IMG/VR virus record: IMGVR_UViG_3300046003_004989 | Span: 32,001-96,000 of that record | From: a virus | Length of the DNA stretch: 64,000 bases | Reading direction: 5' to 3' (one strand) | Shown here: piece after piece, positions 47,124-57,481 of the stretch | How positions within the stretch are numbered: position 1 is the first letter of the stretch | How the letters are laid out: each line of letters starts with the position of its first letter | The notes under the pieces: model-generated | The model's database searches: none | What the model was told of the DNA's origin: nothing | Seen by the model: only the letters and a program-made list of their open reading frames with translations | Position numbers and translations under genes: made by a program

Positions 47124-50100
47124 TTACAAGAAGTTACCTGTAGCGATAGTACCAGTTCTTAGAATTGTAGTTCTGTGAACTAAGATACCCATACCTCTAA
47201 CTGGTTCGATGTAAGTATCTAAGATACCAATGTTATTATCGATTACTTCGTTAGTGTTATTTGTGCTATCCATGATATTTTGGAAGTCGTAAACTCCACC
47301 GTCAGCTAAAACTTGAGATAAGAAGTTATCTGCTAAAGTTTTGATTTCTAAACGATTTTGAGCAGTATTGAATTCCCAACGGTAATTTTTAAGAATTGCT
47401 TCTATACCATCTTGGATGTAAATTAGCAATTCACGAACGTGTACTTGTGAAAGTGCTGATTTAACAGTTTGTTGAGCAGTTTGGTTAGCGTTGATAGTTA
47501 AACCAAAACCTCTCTTATTTACAATTGCATTGTAACCAAATGGTTCAATCCAATCTAGATCAGTTCTATCGAAGTTATATTCAACCCCTACTAGACCAGC
47601 CCCAGTTACTACTCCTCTACGAGGACCTGCAACGATTGAGTATGGAAGAGCTAGAGTATACTTATCGATGAATAAGTTAGATACGTGACCAGCAGGTGGT
47701 ACAGAAACATTAGATCCATTTTCACGGATAACTAAGTTAGGACCATAGAATCCGGCATAATTAGCACCATCAGCAATACCTGGAAGGTTGAAGATATTTG
47801 AAGGGTTTAAGTTCAAGTTACCACCAGTAGGTACATATTGAGTATCAAATGATTGAGTTGTATCAAATTTGAATAATGGGTTAGTACTATCTTTAAATTG
47901 TTTTACAGAAGGCATGTTACAGATTGCCAATGCTGATTGACGATTCTTAGCAAGCTTAGTAAGACGTATTTTAGATGCAGGTTCAATTAAACCTTGGAAT
48001 GAATCCACGATATAACGGAATGTAATAACTTCACGATCTTCTAAAGCTTGAGCGATATTAGAATTGTACATTACATCTAGAATTGCATTCTGACGATCAC
48101 CTGTACCATTCGGCATTTGTGCGTCTCTTAAGGCATAACCATTAAGTGAAGAGAAACGGTAGTGTTCTACAAAGTTTCTAATGTCTTGATATCTTTCAAC
48201 TTCAGCGATTCCACCACTTACATTAACGTAGATTGGATCGTTAGTTGTTACTTTAATTTTTTGATATGTAGCAGCATCTAATGGATTCGAGTATTGAACT
48301 ACTGAAATAATTCTAGTTAAACGAGATTTTCCAGTTAGAGGGCTTATATTAGTTGGAGTTGAAGTTCCACCAAAGTTTTGTACCAAGTACTGTCCTTTGA
48401 TAATTTTTCCATTGTAGCCATTCAATCCTAAAGGACCGTTAGCTGAGTTATCCAACCAAATTGTAGTTGTAGGATCTGCAGGAGTTAATGTCGCATCAAC
48501 TTCTAAAGATTCATTGATATTACCAGTGTAAGATCTGAATGCGAATGTTGTTCCAGCAGGAATAGTTTGTGCTGAACCTGTCAATCCTGGGAAAAGGAAT
48601 GAAGAAACAGTTGAGAAGTTAATTATTCTATTGAAGATTGGGTTAACTCCATTGAATTGTGTAGTATAACCTGATGAGAAGTTATTTGTACCACCTCTTG
48701 TAAATTCAACATAAGTGAATGTAGCACCAGTTCCATTGAAACCTGTTGCAGAGAATGCTATTCTATCTCCATCAGTAATAAGACCATTCAAGTTTGCTTG
48801 ATAGATATCTGAATCTTGTCCAGCTAAAATACCAGCAGTAGCACCTGTATCGTTATATTTCCATGCATTTGAACGGATAATAGTTGCAGTTGCAGTTCCA
48901 CCACCATTTGTAACACCAGCACCACCAATATAATACCAACCTAAGCTAGTAGAAGTAGGACCAGCAACTGTAGATGTAGAATCTTGAGTTAAAGGAATTT
49001 TAACTGTTAGTGTGTTAGTTGTAAGGTTAAGTTCTTTAGAATTAATTCCAATGTAATTAGCATTACCAGTTGCACCTCCAACAGCAAATACTGAACCTGG
49101 AAGGAATGATTTTCCAACAGCTATTGTAGCAGCAAAAGCTTCGAATTGAGCTTGTGATGTAAAGTATGAAGTAAACAATGGAGGCATAGCTGATGAAGCA
49201 GGACCGTAGATTGTTAATGTATCATAATAACCTGTACCACCAACTGAAGTCCAACCTGTACCACCAGAAGTTAAAGCGGTAGAAGCAGTATATAAAGCTT
49301 GAGCACCTGTAGTTCCAGCAGTTGCAGAAACTATGAAAGGGATCGTAATAGCTGTAGCACCATTAGAAGCTCTATAAACTAAGTCTTCTTGAATCGAACC
49401 GTAATAAGAAAGGAATTCAATAATACCTTCTGGGTTTGATTCTAAAGTATGACCTACTGTATCAATTAAGTCACCAGAAACTCTACGAGATTCACCAGCA
49501 ATACTGAATGGATCATCGTCAAAAGCATCAGGGTTAAGAGCCATAAGTAAACCTGTTTTAGATGTTTCTAAGTTTACTAGGTCTTGAATATAGATATTGT
49601 TACCATTTTTATCTTGGAATTCTGGAATCATAGCACCAGTATAAACTCCAAGTACATTAACTTGAGGTAAAGCAAGGAAAGAAGTAAGACCGTCTCTTTC
49701 GAAACCGAATTGGTCGATGATAGTCTTTTTAACTCCTGTAGCATCGAAATAAGGTCCGAAGATTGGATCGATTGCTAATGTTGTGTAAGATGAGAAGTCA
49801 CCTTCAACTACTATTACGTCGATCATATAATCAGTAACGTAATCATTTTCATTCATCCAGAAAGGAACTTTACCAACACCGAACCAGTCTTTTGCAAGAA
49901 CATCAAATCCAAGAACATCGGATTTACGAGTAATTACAGAGATAGGTTTTCTACCAACGTTAGAGAAGTTAAGTAGTCTGTTTTGAGAAAGTGATTGGTT
50001 TGCTGCAGCTGAAGTGATTAAAGCTGCTGGATCTGTGAACCAGAATTTATCTTTATTGAAGAACGAAGATACTGGAGCAGAATCTACAACACCGTTAACA

Positions 50101-50441
50101 TCTGTTGCACATGTTGAAATTGATTGAAAGTTTGAAGTATCTAGTACGTCATCTAAATTTAAAAGGTTTAGAACGATCACTGGTCCTCTGTCTAAGCAAG
50201 TTAATGCTGTTCTGTGGAAGAATGAACCTTTACGCTCTAATGTCGTATCAATGTCTCCAAAGATATCCTTGAAGAAAACATTGTCTTGTACAAACACTGG
50301 AGTGTTGAATGGTCCTTTCTTTGAGAATCCAATAATTAAACGGATAGTCTCAGAGGGGATGTTAGTGATTTGGCTCTTATCAAATTCTAGACGGTAAACA
50401 CCACTAGATTTGAATTGTTGTAAGCTTGGTGATAGTGCCAT
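47124..50441 (-). CDS. gp18: Contractile tail sheath protein with large insertion
   Basis: SGVYRLEFD, GFSKKGPFNTP; C-terminal VPPAG, AGPRRG, HVRELL, WEFN. Confidence 0.9.
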   Translation of the reverse strand: MALSPSLQQFKSSGVYRLEFDKSQITNIPSETIRLIIGFSKKGPFNTPVFVQDNVFFKDIFGDIDTTLERKGSFFHRTALTCLDRGPVIVLNLLNLDDVLDTSNFQSISTCATDVNGVVDSAPVSSFFNKDKFWFTDPAALITSAAANQSLSQNRLLNFSNVGRKPISVITRKSDVLGFDVLAKDWFGVGKVPFWMNENDYVTDYMIDVIVVEGDFSSYTTLAIDPIFGPYFDATGVKKTIIDQFGFERDGLTSFLALPQVNVLGVYTGAMIPEFQDKNGNNIYIQDLVNLETSKTGLLMALNPDAFDDDPFSIAGESRRVSGDLIDTVGHTLESNPEGIIEFLSYYGSIQEDLVYRASNGATAITIPFIVSATAGTTGAQALYTASTALTSGGTGWTSVGGTGYYDTLTIYGPASSAMPPLFTSYFTSQAQFEAFAATIAVGKSFLPGSVFAVGGATGNANYIGINSKELNLTTNTLTVKIPLTQDSTSTVAGPTSTSLGWYYIGGAGVTNGGGTATATIIRSNAWKYNDTGATAGILAGQDSDIYQANLNGLITDGDRIAFSATGFNGTGATFTYVEFTRGGTNNFSSGYTTQFNGVNPIFNRIINFSTVSSFLFPGLTGSAQTIPAGTTFAFRSYTGNINESLEVDATLTPADPTTTIWLDNSANGPLGLNGYNGKIIKGQYLVQNFGGTSTPTNISPLTGKSRLTRIISVVQYSNPLDAATYQKIKVTTNDPIYVNVSGGIAEVERYQDIRNFVEHYRFSSLNGYALRDAQMPNGTGDRQNAILDVMYNSNIAQALEDREVITFRYIVDSFQGLIEPASKIRLTKLAKNRQSALAICNMPSVKQFKDSTNPLFKFDTTQSFDTQYVPTGGNLNLNPSNIFNLPGIADGANYAGFYGPNLVIRENGSNVSVPPAGHVSNLFIDKYTLALPYSIVAGPRRGVVTGAGLVGVEYNFDRTDLDWIEPFGYNAIVNKRGFGLTINANQTAQQTVKSALSQVHVRELLIYIQDGIEAILKNYRWEFNTAQNRLEIKTLADNFLSQVLADGGVYDFQNIMDSTNNTNEVIDNNIGILDTYIEPVRGMGILVHRTTILRTGTIATGNFL

Positions 50442-50460
50442 TTGACTCTAATTTTTTTAT

Positions 50461-50473
50461 TATATATCTCAGA
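50461..50473 (-). promoter_or_regulatory. Putative late promoter GATATATA
   Basis: tatatatctcaga upstream of the sheath gene. Confidence 0.6.
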
Positions 50474-50486
50474 CTCTATAGCATAT

Positions 50487-52280
50487 TTAGAATAGTCCGC
50501 TATAAATGTCGTCATCGTCCGATGTCATTTCGATAGTCTTATCGATTTTCTTTTGTATGTTTTGATCGAGGTGATCGAATAGTTCTTCTACTGTTTCTGT
50601 AAAGTCTAAAGTGTCAAATATTGATGCTGCTGTTACGCAAGTCATCATACAGTCATCATTACCTGATTGAGCTGAGTACGTACCATTAGGATTTCTAGAG
50701 AAAGCCTTCGCTTCTTCTATAGTTCTCGGTTCTGTGAGTATTAGTTGACCTCCACCGACACATTTTTTCATCTTTTCACAGAATAGAATTTTATTGTCTT
50801 TATTGATTCTGATACCTTGATTCTTCACTTTCGTACCAACTCGATGATGATATCTTACAATAGTTTCTTCATCAAAATCATTACTTGCAGGGAATAGCGT
50901 AGTCAAATTTTTGATTAATTCTGAACCGTATGTATTGTATTCGATAACTAATCGTAGGTTTTCCTGATCAAATACTTTCACACATAGAGTGTAGAGTATT
51001 TTAGAGAAGTCTTCTAAGTTATGTATATTGGAACGGAATAAACCCACTTGCTTAAGTCCGAAAAACTCTGTAATCGAACCGGGTGAGTTCATCATATCCA
51101 TATCGGATTCAGCAATTGCTACTACTTTAAATATATTGACTACTGTAAAATCTCTACCGATACCTTCGGCTAGATCTATCGATAGAACAAAGAAATTCTT
51201 CGGATCTTCAACTTCTTCAATGTCAAAATCTTCAGCCCATTTAAGTGCTGAATAATCAATACAAAGGTCATCTAGAGGATCGATTTCTCTAAATGAGAAT
51301 TCTTGTTGATTCTTTTCTAAACGAAGAATTTGTTCTGATGTAAGGAGAAGTGATGATGCATTAAGGAATTGACATCCATATTGCTGATTAAATGCTTCTT
51401 CCGATCCAAGATTAGCTATCTCTCGAGCTCTCCATGCTTCGTCTCTTCCGGGAACTTCCCACCAGTCCACACGAAGGGCAGTATATTCATTAGCACCATC
51501 TACAGATCCTTGATACAGATCATGGAATAAGTCATATCCATTTGGTGTAGATGTGATAATTACACGTGATATTTTAGAAGATGATAGCGTTGGATAAACG
51601 TTTTCATAGAATGGCTTCTTAATATTAGTTGGAATGTGAGCAAACTCATCAAGGAATAGTAAGTGAATCGTAAAACCAATACCACCTGTTTTTGTAGTAT
51701 TTTGACCAATGATTCTACAACGATTGTCGTATATCATTGTCATTACATCTTTCTTAGCTGTTCCAGGTTTTAAGAAGAACGGCAGACCTTCCATAATGGC
51801 TTTAATCTTGTCCATAATCTCTTTGGTAGTAGCACCCTTATTCGACATAAGCAGTACGTTTTTATCAAAGTGAAATAGGAGATACCAAGTCAGGAATACT
51901 GATGATGTGATCGTCTTACCAACCTGTCTAGGTGCTAGGAAGATATTCCATCTATTGTCTTGATATGATCGAAGAACTCGTTCTTGATAAGGACGAAGAC
52001 GGATTTTTTGATATCCATCATCCGTCATTACTTGACAGTAATTATTTGCAAAGTGAACGATATCCTTTGCACATTTTTTAACCTCGGCATACTCCTCTTC
52101 GGTATACTCGAATACGATATTTGCTCTTTTATAAGACGGATCACCTTCAAAGAATGGATGTTGTGGTGGATCGTAACCCTCTTCCATTGCTTGTAGTAGC
52201 TTTTCAACCTTTTCGGTATTCCAAACTACTTTCTTGTCATCATTCTTATTTTCGTCTTTATATTCTTTTACCTTAAACAC
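50487..52280 (-). CDS. gp17: Terminase large subunit
   Basis: LRPYQ, PRQVGKT, LFLDEFA, TSTPNG, IDLAEG, NDD. Confidence 0.95.
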   Translation of the reverse strand: MFKVKEYKDENKNDDKKVVWNTEKVEKLLQAMEEGYDPPQHPFFEGDPSYKRANIVFEYTEEEYAEVKKCAKDIVHFANNYCQVMTDDGYQKIRLRPYQERVLRSYQDNRWNIFLAPRQVGKTITSSVFLTWYLLFHFDKNVLLMSNKGATTKEIMDKIKAIMEGLPFFLKPGTAKKDVMTMIYDNRCRIIGQNTTKTGGIGFTIHLLFLDEFAHIPTNIKKPFYENVYPTLSSSKISRVIITSTPNGYDLFHDLYQGSVDGANEYTALRVDWWEVPGRDEAWRAREIANLGSEEAFNQQYGCQFLNASSLLLTSEQILRLEKNQQEFSFREIDPLDDLCIDYSALKWAEDFDIEEVEDPKNFFVLSIDLAEGIGRDFTVVNIFKVVAIAESDMDMMNSPGSITEFFGLKQVGLFRSNIHNLEDFSKILYTLCVKVFDQENLRLVIEYNTYGSELIKNLTTLFPASNDFDEETIVRYHHRVGTKVKNQGIRINKDNKILFCEKMKKCVGGGQLILTEPRTIEEAKAFSRNPNGTYSAQSGNDDCMMTCVTAASIFDTLDFTETVEELFDHLDQNIQKKIDKTIEMTSDDDDIYSGLF

Positions 52281-52294
52281 ATATTCAGATATTT

Positions 52295-52933
52295 TTAAAG
52301 CTCAGTCTGATTGTCTGAGTCGAAGTCTGTAGGATCTTCTTCTGGCTCTTCATTACCTAATTCTGCTTGAATTTCTTTCATTAGGTTTCTAGTTCCTCTA
52401 GCAACATTTCCGCTTTCTAGCTTCTTAGTTGGTTTTGCTTCACCTCCACCTCTTGCATCATCTGCATAGATATCGATGTCACGTTTAAGTTTTTTCATAT
52501 TCTCTTCGGATGCCATCATATGAAGTGTTTGATGTTTCATAATATCTAACATTGTCTTTTGAAGACCTGCTAGAACCTCAAACATACGAGGAGTAACTTC
52601 ACCTGTATCAATGGTTCTCATTAATGTAGTGATAGCTCGCTCAGAGTATTGCATTTGTTGAATCAAATTAGATAGCGTTAGCATTTCTAATTTCGCCTTA
52701 GCTTGAATGTACTCGTTATTGTCTATCAGCTCTTGTGAAAGATAGAATTTAAGTAGTGAGTTCATCATCTTCTTAGATTTATTCATAGAAGAAGCTTTCA
52801 TCTCGTCATAGTCGATAGGCTCATTCAATTGGAATGCTGGAAGACCACCTCCACTTGTTGCAGGAACGTTATCGTCGTTCAAAAGGTCCTCGACTGATCT
52901 CCTTGCTGGATTGTCTTGTTTATCGTTTTCCAT
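52295..52933 (-). CDS. Probable terminase small subunit
   Basis: Helical protein directly upstream of TerL; PRMFEVLA..QK and GTRNLMK resemble T4 gp16 patterns. Confidence 0.6.
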   Translation of the reverse strand: MENDKQDNPARRSVEDLLNDDNVPATSGGGLPAFQLNEPIDYDEMKASSMNKSKKMMNSLLKFYLSQELIDNNEYIQAKAKLEMLTLSNLIQQMQYSERAITTLMRTIDTGEVTPRMFEVLAGLQKTMLDIMKHQTLHMMASEENMKKLKRDIDIYADDARGGGEAKPTKKLESGNVARGTRNLMKEIQAELGNEEPEEDPTDFDSDNQTEL

Positions 52934-52964
52934 ATTATTGTATTCTTATAGTATATGTATCTCT

Positions 52965-53070
52965 GTACGTCGGAGCGGAACCTCGACTTGACAGCCTCCT
53001 CGTGTTTTACTGTATTCCCTTTACCTGAAACCCAGTAAGGGTTATATGTTACCGAGCCGAGCTGTGTTTC
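52965..53070 (-). other. GC-rich structured non-coding element
   Basis: Three predicted hairpins, GAAAC-N17-CATATAA upstream, no minus-strand ORF. Confidence 0.4.
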
Positions 53071-53079
53071 AGAATCAAT

Positions 53080-53115
53080 AAAAAAATGCGATAAACCTTT
53101 CGAGATTCATCGCAT
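53080..53115 (-). terminator. Rho-independent terminator
   Basis: atgcgat...atcgcat hairpin with T-run. Confidence 0.7.
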
Positions 53116-53134
53116 ATAATTAAGTTAGGGATTA

Positions 53135-53476
53135 TTATTTCTTGTAAGTAAAAGCATAGGAACCATCTCTAGTATAGCTCTTATTAATCTTGCTTTTATG
53201 TGAAGCGAAAACTTTAGCTACTAAGTCCTTAGCAAATTTTTCATCTTCTTTTAATTCGGAACCTAGCTTAGAAGTGCTAACTACCAAAGTTTCTTTTTTG
53301 AAGCCAAATCCACCCACAGTATCTAATAAAATACCCTGAGATCCATCTAATTCAAATTTACTATGCTTCTTGCAAGCATCTACTAAGTCTTTCATAAAGT
53401 TCTCTAGGTCTGTGTATGAGCCTTCATTAATAGAAGATTCATTTAGGAACTCTTCAAATGTTGGAATGTGTTTCAT
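53135..53476 (-). CDS. Leader-bearing putative internal head protein outside the array
   Basis: MKHIPTFEEFLNESSINE. Confidence 0.7.
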   Translation of the reverse strand: MKHIPTFEEFLNESSINEGSYTDLENFMKDLVDACKKHSKFELDGSQGILLDTVGGFGFKKETLVVSTSKLGSELKEDEKFAKDLVAKVFASHKSKINKSYTRDGSYAFTYKK

Positions 53477-53491
53477 GATTATATTTTGTGT

Positions 53492-55348
53492 TTATCTTAC
53501 GTATTCTTTTACCATTCTCAAAGGTGGAATAGCATTATCGATCATTAAAGCTTGATCTTGATCTCTTACTACAAATTGATTAAGAGTTATAGGTTGAACC
53601 TCTTCTTCCATTGATTCTTTCCATATTCTAATATTAGTTAGAAGTGTAGTTCCAGCTCTTAACATGAAAGATGTATCGGTTGGAGTTATCGCTTCAGGAG
53701 TCATATTAGAATTTTGAGTAAACAGAAGTCTAAGATTAGTAGTTTTAATTTGTCCATTTGGTGGTAAAGATGAATCGTATCTCATACCCCAAATATGAAC
53801 TGATGTTTGAGAGAATTCATTCATATGATTAACTACAATTCCATACCAATCATTAGGATTCAATTCAGGGAAATTCTGATCAAAAACCATTGTTTGAGTG
53901 TTTCTAACAACAGTTATCGATTTTGTTTTTCCTGTGATAGGATCGTAATCTAAAGTGATTCCAATACCTTTATTTTCTGATGGATTGTAACCATCAATTA
54001 GAATATCTGATCCATTTCCAGTAGGCTTAAACCAAGCAGAAAATGCAGTATTCACTTTGTCATCTCGATTTACCGCTAATTTATACTTAACCGCAATATC
54101 ATTTTTAGTCATACCTACAGGTAAGTTGTAGAAGTACTTACCAACTACCGTAAAGTAATTTGTTAGATCTTTTGTTTCGATAACTAGCTTATCGTGAATA
54201 TGACTTCTTACGTGATCGAATCCACCGATAGAAATTGTACGATACTGTAAGGGTTTCGTAATCTCTTCATATTCTCTTTGGATTTCTCCACCAAGAACTT
54301 CGTCTAATGAAACATGAAGATCGTTAACGTACTGATCGATTTCAGGGATGTTACGCATAACATTTAGTTTATCTTGCCATTTGAATAGATTGACTCTGTA
54401 ATAAGCTTCAGTAGCCATAAAATCACGTCTCAAATATGCCGAGTTAACTTCATATATACGATCAATTAGAGGGAAATACAAATAATCTCTTTGTTCAGGA
54501 AGATCGTCTTGTCCGAATGCTCTTTCGAAATGTTCTTTGACGATATGCACTTCTAGACCATCACCAAAATCCATATCATAAGGTAAGAATGCGATAGCAT
54601 TGTCTGGGAATTGATTGTCAGGAATCATAATCTTGATATCCTTCACTTCCGTTACCTCATATAGTGAAAACTCTTTTAGAACTGGATCAGCAGATTCAGC
54701 TTTAACTTGAGTTTTGAAATATCGAACACAATGACCAAACATTTCCGAAACTGCACATGACATTTCGTGATAGATCTTAATAGCTGGACTCATTACATCA
54801 TAAGGACGGAATAGAGCACCATCACAATTAATTGTAATTCCAGAAGAGAAATTTGTAGTAGGACAAGCATTAGCTTTACAGCCGTCTTGCGTGATTATTT
54901 TCGGAGCAACTCCTGTAGGTGTAACACCTTCTTCGAAATTGATAACAATTCTTTCAATCATTCTTGCTCCAGTTTCTGGACCTTTTCTGACTAATCTAAA
55001 TTGTAAGTCAAATGAATCAGAAATTTTATGCGGATTAGGATCAGTTGGACGAATAATGCCATTCAATGTAGATCGTAAACTTTCTAATTGCTGACCATTC
55101 TCTGCAATTTTAACCCAAGCTGACCAAATAACATGAGGCTTTCCGGTAGCTCTATCTATTGTTGCAATATCATAACTCCATCTAATGTAAATGTCATGAT
55201 AATTCTCCGCAGTCTCTAAAGGAGAGAAGTCAAATTCAATATTTTGTATTGATTTGATATAATAGAAAGCATTCGAAAAGTCCACAAGCAGGGTATCACC
55301 TGCATTGTAAGTTATGTTATTATTGGTTATTTGATAATCGAAACGCAT
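53492..55348 (-). CDS. Neck/head-closure protein (gp14-like core) with extra domains
   Basis: FGHCVRYF, DPVLKE, PEQRDYLYFP..DRIYEV; C-terminal LamG-like AFSAWFKP...WYGIVV. Confidence 0.65.
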   Translation of the reverse strand: MRFDYQITNNNITYNAGDTLLVDFSNAFYYIKSIQNIEFDFSPLETAENYHDIYIRWSYDIATIDRATGKPHVIWSAWVKIAENGQQLESLRSTLNGIIRPTDPNPHKISDSFDLQFRLVRKGPETGARMIERIVINFEEGVTPTGVAPKIITQDGCKANACPTTNFSSGITINCDGALFRPYDVMSPAIKIYHEMSCAVSEMFGHCVRYFKTQVKAESADPVLKEFSLYEVTEVKDIKIMIPDNQFPDNAIAFLPYDMDFGDGLEVHIVKEHFERAFGQDDLPEQRDYLYFPLIDRIYEVNSAYLRRDFMATEAYYRVNLFKWQDKLNVMRNIPEIDQYVNDLHVSLDEVLGGEIQREYEEITKPLQYRTISIGGFDHVRSHIHDKLVIETKDLTNYFTVVGKYFYNLPVGMTKNDIAVKYKLAVNRDDKVNTAFSAWFKPTGNGSDILIDGYNPSENKGIGITLDYDPITGKTKSITVVRNTQTMVFDQNFPELNPNDWYGIVVNHMNEFSQTSVHIWGMRYDSSLPPNGQIKTTNLRLLFTQNSNMTPEAITPTDTSFMLRAGTTLLTNIRIWKESMEEEVQPITLNQFVVRDQDQALMIDNAIPPLRMVKEYVR

Positions 55349-55366
55349 TAAGCATTATTCGTATTT

Positions 55367-55750
55367 TTAGTGCTTTGTCATCATTTGGAAGATTAGTGCA
55401 ATAGTTAAACCTGCAACTGTAGTGAAAATAAACCAAAGAGCTTTATTAACACCTTCTTGCCATTTTTCCAAATTATCTAAACGATTTCTTAGATCCGGAA
55501 TTTCTTCTATTTGATCTTCAAATCTTAGGATAGAATCCGTATTCTTGTTTATTCTAACAATAACACCATCATCTGGATTGAAGAGTCTTTTTTTGAAGTA
55601 TTCCAAATCCTCTTTAATAGATTTTTGGTCTTGACTAAGAGACTCAATCGAGCGTTTTATACTCTCAAGTTCTCCGTTTGGAAGTTTGGTCTTGATGATA
55701 TCAAGGGCTTTAAGAATATCTTCTATTCTTGGATCTGAGGTAGTAGCCAT
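55367..55750 (-). CDS. Coiled-coil protein with C-terminal TM helix (holin/XhlA-like?)
   Basis: RLDNLEKWQ...ALWFIFTTVAGLTIALIF; GATAAATA at 55771. Confidence 0.45.
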   Translation of the reverse strand: MATTSDPRIEDILKALDIIKTKLPNGELESIKRSIESLSQDQKSIKEDLEYFKKRLFNPDDGVIVRINKNTDSILRFEDQIEEIPDLRNRLDNLEKWQEGVNKALWFIFTTVAGLTIALIFQMMTKH

Positions 55751-55793
55751 CTATAATTCTCTTGTTTTTATATTTATCCGTGAACCAAGAGAA

Positions 55794-56447
55794 TCATTTC
55801 TTCATGATTACAAGTGCAGTAGAATTATCTCGTTCCAATTTATGACCAAAAGCAGCCATTATATTTACAACATTAAGATATTCGTCGTCTTCTTTTTCGA
55901 ATTGATAAGAATAATTTTGAAGACGTACGAAAAGGTCACGGACAGCAACCTCAAAATAAGGTTTGGGATTGTATATTGTAGGTTGATAGACTCCAATATG
56001 TTTGAAGATTCTCTCACAATCTACTAAAAATTCAGGAAGAACTTTATTAGCGAGATCTATCCTAGAATGCATAATTTTATACTCAAATTTTTTGTTCTCG
56101 GATGATTCTGTAGTTTCGGATACATGAACTCTAAAGTATTTGAGTTTTTTAAATTCTCTCATAGCCGCCTCTAAATAATAAATAGAGTTAGCATTAGCTT
56201 GGAAATTTGAAGGTGAAACCGAATCAAAATTTGTGATATCTTTACGATATTTCTCCCAAAGGATCTCTTCTACCTCATGCACTTTCACGAAGAAAGAAGA
56301 ACTATCATAGTCAGGGACTGTAACAATCTGTGCTTTCTTTTTGAAGTCATTTATCAATAAACGGTCTTTGTAATTGTTCTTATTGAGATAGATCTCTAGA
56401 ATTAGAGGTTCAATCATAAAATTAGTATCTTCAAAGTTATCGATCAT
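55794..56447 (-). CDS. Hypothetical protein
   Basis: ORF track. Confidence 0.55.
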   Translation of the reverse strand: MIDNFEDTNFMIEPLILEIYLNKNNYKDRLLINDFKKKAQIVTVPDYDSSSFFVKVHEVEEILWEKYRKDITNFDSVSPSNFQANANSIYYLEAAMREFKKLKYFRVHVSETTESSENKKFEYKIMHSRIDLANKVLPEFLVDCERIFKHIGVYQPTIYNPKPYFEVAVRDLFVRLQNYSYQFEKEDDEYLNVVNIMAAFGHKLERDNSTALVIMKK

Positions 56448-56853
56448 ACATTTCGATTTGTTTTTCTAATGCAGAAAAACTCTTCTTCATACCTTCTGGA
56501 TTGTATTTGATAGCTTCATGTAATTCTCTTTCGCCTATCTGATTTCTTTCCATCCAAAGTTTTGCAACTTCTGGATTAGGTTTCCAGACTTTTTCGGTTG
56601 AAGATGTAGTCCTCTTAGTCTTTGTATATATCCAACCAGGGACTCTTTGGAACCTTGATGCTACGATTTGCCATAAGTCGACGACCGCTGATCCATTGAT
56701 TCCATTTCGATTTAATTGTTGTGCAGTTGCAGGATGTTTAATCGACATGAATCGATTGACCATAAAGAAGTGTTTACCTTTCTCTGCACTTTTTTGTTCT
56801 GCGTATTGTTTTGGGTTCGTGAACATTACACGAACGAAGTCAAATAGTTCCAT
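56437..56853 (-). CDS. Possible clamp-loader small subunit (gp62-like; start revised)
   Basis: FMVNRFMS....A.QLN and P.W..K pattern recalled from gp62 homologues. Confidence 0.5.
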   Translation of the reverse strand: MELFDFVRVMFTNPKQYAEQKSAEKGKHFFMVNRFMSIKHPATAQQLNRNGINGSAVVDLWQIVASRFQRVPGWIYTKTKRTTSSTEKVWKPNPEVAKLWMERNQIGERELHEAIKYNPEGMKKSFSALEKQIEMYDR

Positions 56854-56868
56854 GTTAGTTATATGCAA

Positions 56869-57174
56869 TTAAAGTTTATCGTAATCAGTCAAATCTATTT
56901 CTGTTCCGTCCCAACTTTTAGCACTGACCATATTTCCTATGCCAGTTAAAGTGAAACATATCGTAGTTCCACCTCCAATAGCACCTAAATACTTCTTTGG
57001 TTTAGATCTTTCCCATGCACGTAATTTTCTGATTTGTACTTCATCTAATTCGAATTGCCAAGACTCAGAAGTATACACTCCTTCAGGAACGACATTCCAT
57101 TCTTTTGGTAAACATTTCTCCGTACACCTTCCATTTTTCTTGATGCATTTTTTGCAAAGGATTTCTTTACTCAT
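56869..57174 (-). CDS. Hypothetical protein with Cys-rich N-terminus
   Basis: CKKC...C..KC; GAIGG..T..F..TGIG, IDLTDY. Confidence 0.55.
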   Translation of the reverse strand: MSKEILCKKCIKKNGRCTEKCLPKEWNVVPEGVYTSESWQFELDEVQIRKLRAWERSKPKKYLGAIGGGTTICFTLTGIGNMVSAKSWDGTEIDLTDYDKL

Positions 57175-57481
57175 TTTCAAATTCTTTTTTAAGACGTAGA
57201 TAGCTTTCTCGTCTACGATTCTTCATTTCAATTTCGCTTCGTTTATTCCTTTCAATTCGTTTTTCAAATTCTTCATCAGACTCTTCAACCATCCGAGTAA
57301 TTTGATTATGCCAATATCCATGATAGTCGAAGTTATCATCATCAACCCAACCAGAATGAATGATGTCATCGTCTTCTAATTGTAAATTTTTGATATGAGA
57401 CCATTTCATTGGGCCGTTATTATATCCATGGAATATTTGTTTTTCCTTTAAGATTTTCTTTGGTGATTTTGTATCTTCCAT
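57167..57481 (-). CDS. Hypothetical protein (start revised)
   Basis: MEDTKS start with TAATG coupling. Confidence 0.5.
   Translation of the reverse strand: MEDTKSPKKILKEKQIFHGYNNGPMKWSHIKNLQLEDDDIIHSGWVDDDNFDYHGYWHNQITRMVEESDEEFEKRIERNKRSEIEMKNRRRESYLRLKKEFENE

Noticed and set aside
22041-52280. Inteins or group I introns in thyA, topoisomerase or terminase
   Set aside because: Frames are continuous; no C...HN intein ends or homing endonuclease motifs seen; the thyA inserts are short
40127-55452. Extra TTATTAACA copies near 40127 and 55443
   Set aside because: They lie inside coding sequence with no -7 promoter at the expected distance; likely chance
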